Shown here: positions 56,607 to 58,680 of the stretch, piece by piece
How the letters are laid out: every line of letters starts with the position of its first letter
How positions within the stretch are numbered: position 1 is the first letter of the stretch
Assembly (NCBI GenBank): GCA_021158185.1
Contig: JAGGVC010000034.1
Location: 1-58,680, forward strand
Direction of reading: 5' to 3'
Source: a bacterium
GTDB lineage: Bacteria; 4484-113; JAGGVC01
Length of the DNA: 58,680 bases
Program-made: the position numbers and the translations under genes
The notes under the pieces: model-generated
Told to the model about the DNA's origin: nothing
Databases searched by the model: none
What the model saw: only the letters and a program-made list of their open reading frames with translations

Positions 56607-58148
56607 TTATGTATCAACCGGCCTGTCGGGTTCGACCTCTTCTTCCTTCGGCGGCGGGAACGGTCTGCCTTCGCGCTTGCAGGTGAGGTATGTGTCGATC
56701 GCGCGCGCGGCGCGCTTTCCATGCCCGACCGCCATAATCACGGTGGATGCGCCGACAGCCACGTCACCGCCCGCGAATATGCCCTCGATGTTCGTCGACA
56801 TCCATTCTTCATCGATGTTCAAAGTCCCCCACTTTGAAACATCGATCCCCTCGATGCTGCGCATAAGCACGGGATTCGGGCGCTGACCGACAGCCACGAC
56901 GACGGTTTCGCAGTCGATAACGAAATCGCTTCCTTCTATCGGAATCGGACGGCGACGTCCCGATGCATCAGGTTCGCCCAGCTCGCACGTCAGGCATTTC
57001 AGCCCCGTCACCCAGTTGTTCTCGTCGTGCAGCACTTCGGTCGGCTGGGTCAGGAAATTGAAAACGACGCCTTCTTCCTCGGCGTGGTGAACTTCCTCGA
57101 TGCGCGCGGGCGCCTCAGCGCGGCTTCTCCGATAGACGATGTAAACCTGCTCCACATCCGGCAGGCGAAGGCTCACCCTGCTTGCGTCCATCGCCGTATT
57201 CCCCGCTCCGACGACGCATACGCGTTTGCCCGCGAAGACCGGCGTTTTGTATTCGGGGAAGTCGTACGCACGCATAAGGATGATGCGCGTCAGGTACTCG
57301 TTCGCGCTGTACACGCCGTTCGCATTCTCGCCCGGAATACGCATGAACGTCGGCAACCCTGCCCCTGTACCCACGAAAAACGCCTTGAAGCCCTGCTCCT
57401 TAAGCTTGTCTATCGTCACCGTTTTCCCAACGACGACGTTCGTCATTATCTTTACGCCGAGCTTCGCCACATAATCCACCTCGGCCTGCACTATCGTCTT
57501 TGGCAGGCGGAATGCAGGGATGCCGTAGACAAGGACGCCGCCGGGCTTGTGGAGCGCTTCAAAGATCGTCACATCGTAGCCGAGCTTCACCAGATCGCCA
57601 GCCGCTGAAATGCCCGCAGGCCCGCTTCCTATGATCGCGACCTTCTCCTTGTCGGCCTTGACGGGGTTCACGTCCTTCATCACTTCTTCGCCGCGCGCGA
57701 GCGCGTACTCGGCGGCGAACTGTTCGAGACGACCGACCGCGACCGGCTCGCCCTTCACGGCCAGGATGCACACTTCCTCGCACTGGCTCTCCTGGGGGCA
57801 TACCCTGCCGCAGACCGCCGGAAGTGCGTTATCTTCCTTCAGTATCTCGTTCGACTTGAGGAAGTCGCCCTCGGCAATCGCGGCGATGAACTCCGGTATT
57901 TTCACCTCTGCGGGGCACTGCTCCACGCACTTGGGCTTCTTGCACTGAATGCAGCGCTCGGCCTCGGCAACCGCCATTTCTTTCGTGTATCCGAGGACAA
58001 CGCTGTCGAAGTTCTTTACGCGATCCTCTGGAGACTGCTCAGGCATCGCGTGGCGCGGCACTTTCGAGCGCTTTTTCTTTTTCGGTTTTTCATCAGCGGG
58101 CGCGGAATCGGTCTCTTGAGCACCGTTTTTCAGCACATCATCGGCCAT
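56607..58148 (-). CDS. GltD-like flavoprotein (NADPH-dependent glutamate synthase beta / NfnB-SudA family)
   Basis: EAERCIQCKKPKC...CP, CGRVCPQE..C, GSGPAG, GAGNTAMD, FAGGD. Confidence 0.92.
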   Translation of the reverse strand: MADDVLKNGAQETDSAPADEKPKKKKRSKVPRHAMPEQSPEDRVKNFDSVVLGYTKEMAVAEAERCIQCKKPKCVEQCPAEVKIPEFIAAIAEGDFLKSNEILKEDNALPAVCGRVCPQESQCEEVCILAVKGEPVAVGRLEQFAAEYALARGEEVMKDVNPVKADKEKVAIIGSGPAGISAAGDLVKLGYDVTIFEALHKPGGVLVYGIPAFRLPKTIVQAEVDYVAKLGVKIMTNVVVGKTVTIDKLKEQGFKAFFVGTGAGLPTFMRIPGENANGVYSANEYLTRIILMRAYDFPEYKTPVFAGKRVCVVGAGNTAMDASRVSLRLPDVEQVYIVYRRSRAEAPARIEEVHHAEEEGVVFNFLTQPTEVLHDENNWVTGLKCLTCELGEPDASGRRRPIPIEGSDFVIDCETVVVAVGQRPNPVLMRSIEGIDVSKWGTLNIDEEWMSTNIEGIFAGGDVAVGASTVIMAVGHGKRAARAIDTYLTCKREGRPFPPPKEEEVEPDRPVDT

Positions 58149-58457
58149 CTGGCGTCCTCCTCAAAAGTGCGGGAAAGCATCGGCGAGCATCCCGGCCTCG
58201 CACGGCAATCCACAAATGCGAGCAGACAGGGCATCACCTGTAATCTGATACAAATGAGCCTGCCGCACGATGAATGTTAGCCGTGCCCCGCAGAATCGTC
58301 AACGAGGAAGCCGATTTTCACAAAAATACGGCGTTCGGGAAAGCGCGTGGAGTGGCGAAACGCGCGCGCGCTTTGAAGCGGAATCTTCATTGGAACTTCG
58401 ATGGATCGCAAGGCGCGCGGAAAGGTCGACAAGAATCCCGACACAAGGTTCCTGCGA

Positions 58458-58512
58458 AACGCCCTTTTATCCCTGCACATCCTCATTTACCCCTGTACAG
58501 CGCCCAGTCGTG
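58458..58512. repeat. Dispersed copy of the REP-like element from 47006-47045
   Basis: CCCTGTACAGCGCCCAGTCGTG identical at 47018-47039 and 58491-58512. Confidence 0.7.
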
Positions 58513-58680
58513 CCCGCGCGCCGTAAACGGCGCTGTCCCTGAAAACCGGGTCAGCCCGGCTTCCGTCGTAACAGCCGCAATCGGCCTTGGTTCCGTCGCA
58601 ACAATCGCAATCAGCCTAGGGACGCGGGTCGCAGGTGTACGCCGGGATCCAGTAGGTATGATAGCCTGAGCTTTCGTTTA

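Overview
The window has two parts. (1) Positions 1-~19340 are the right arm of a temperate prophage integrated at the 3' end of a host tRNA-Ser(CGA). It contains a large serine integrase whose C-terminus runs antisense into the tRNA, a cI/cro-like switch and a long leftward early/middle operon. That operon carries three tandem Csx16-like domains, an SbcC-like ATPase, a PolX-like protein, UvrD, an HNH nuclease, an SLT, a replication initiator with internal iterons, a DnaC-like loader, a RuvC-like resolvase, a sigma-r4 protein, a ParB-methyltransferase and terminase genes. (2) Positions ~19400-58680 are host chromosome of an unidentified bacterium: miaA, rarA, dap genes, plsC, a MocR regulator flanked by two Pro-rich repeat lipoproteins, moxR, a degenerate moeA, gcvPA/PB, rpsB-tsf-pyrH-frr-uppS-cdsA, tsaEB, xseAB, holB, two HD-GYP proteins and a gltD/nfnB-like gene. 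The best candidate for a new system is the front of the phage early operon. There, a fused two-domain and a stand-alone Csx16-like (putative ring-nuclease, anti-type III CRISPR) gene follow a truncated tRNA-Met-like structure embedded in cro, and a 16-bp perfect inverted repeat with arms 2.2 kb apart brackets them. All family assignments come from motif recognition by eye; no searches were run.
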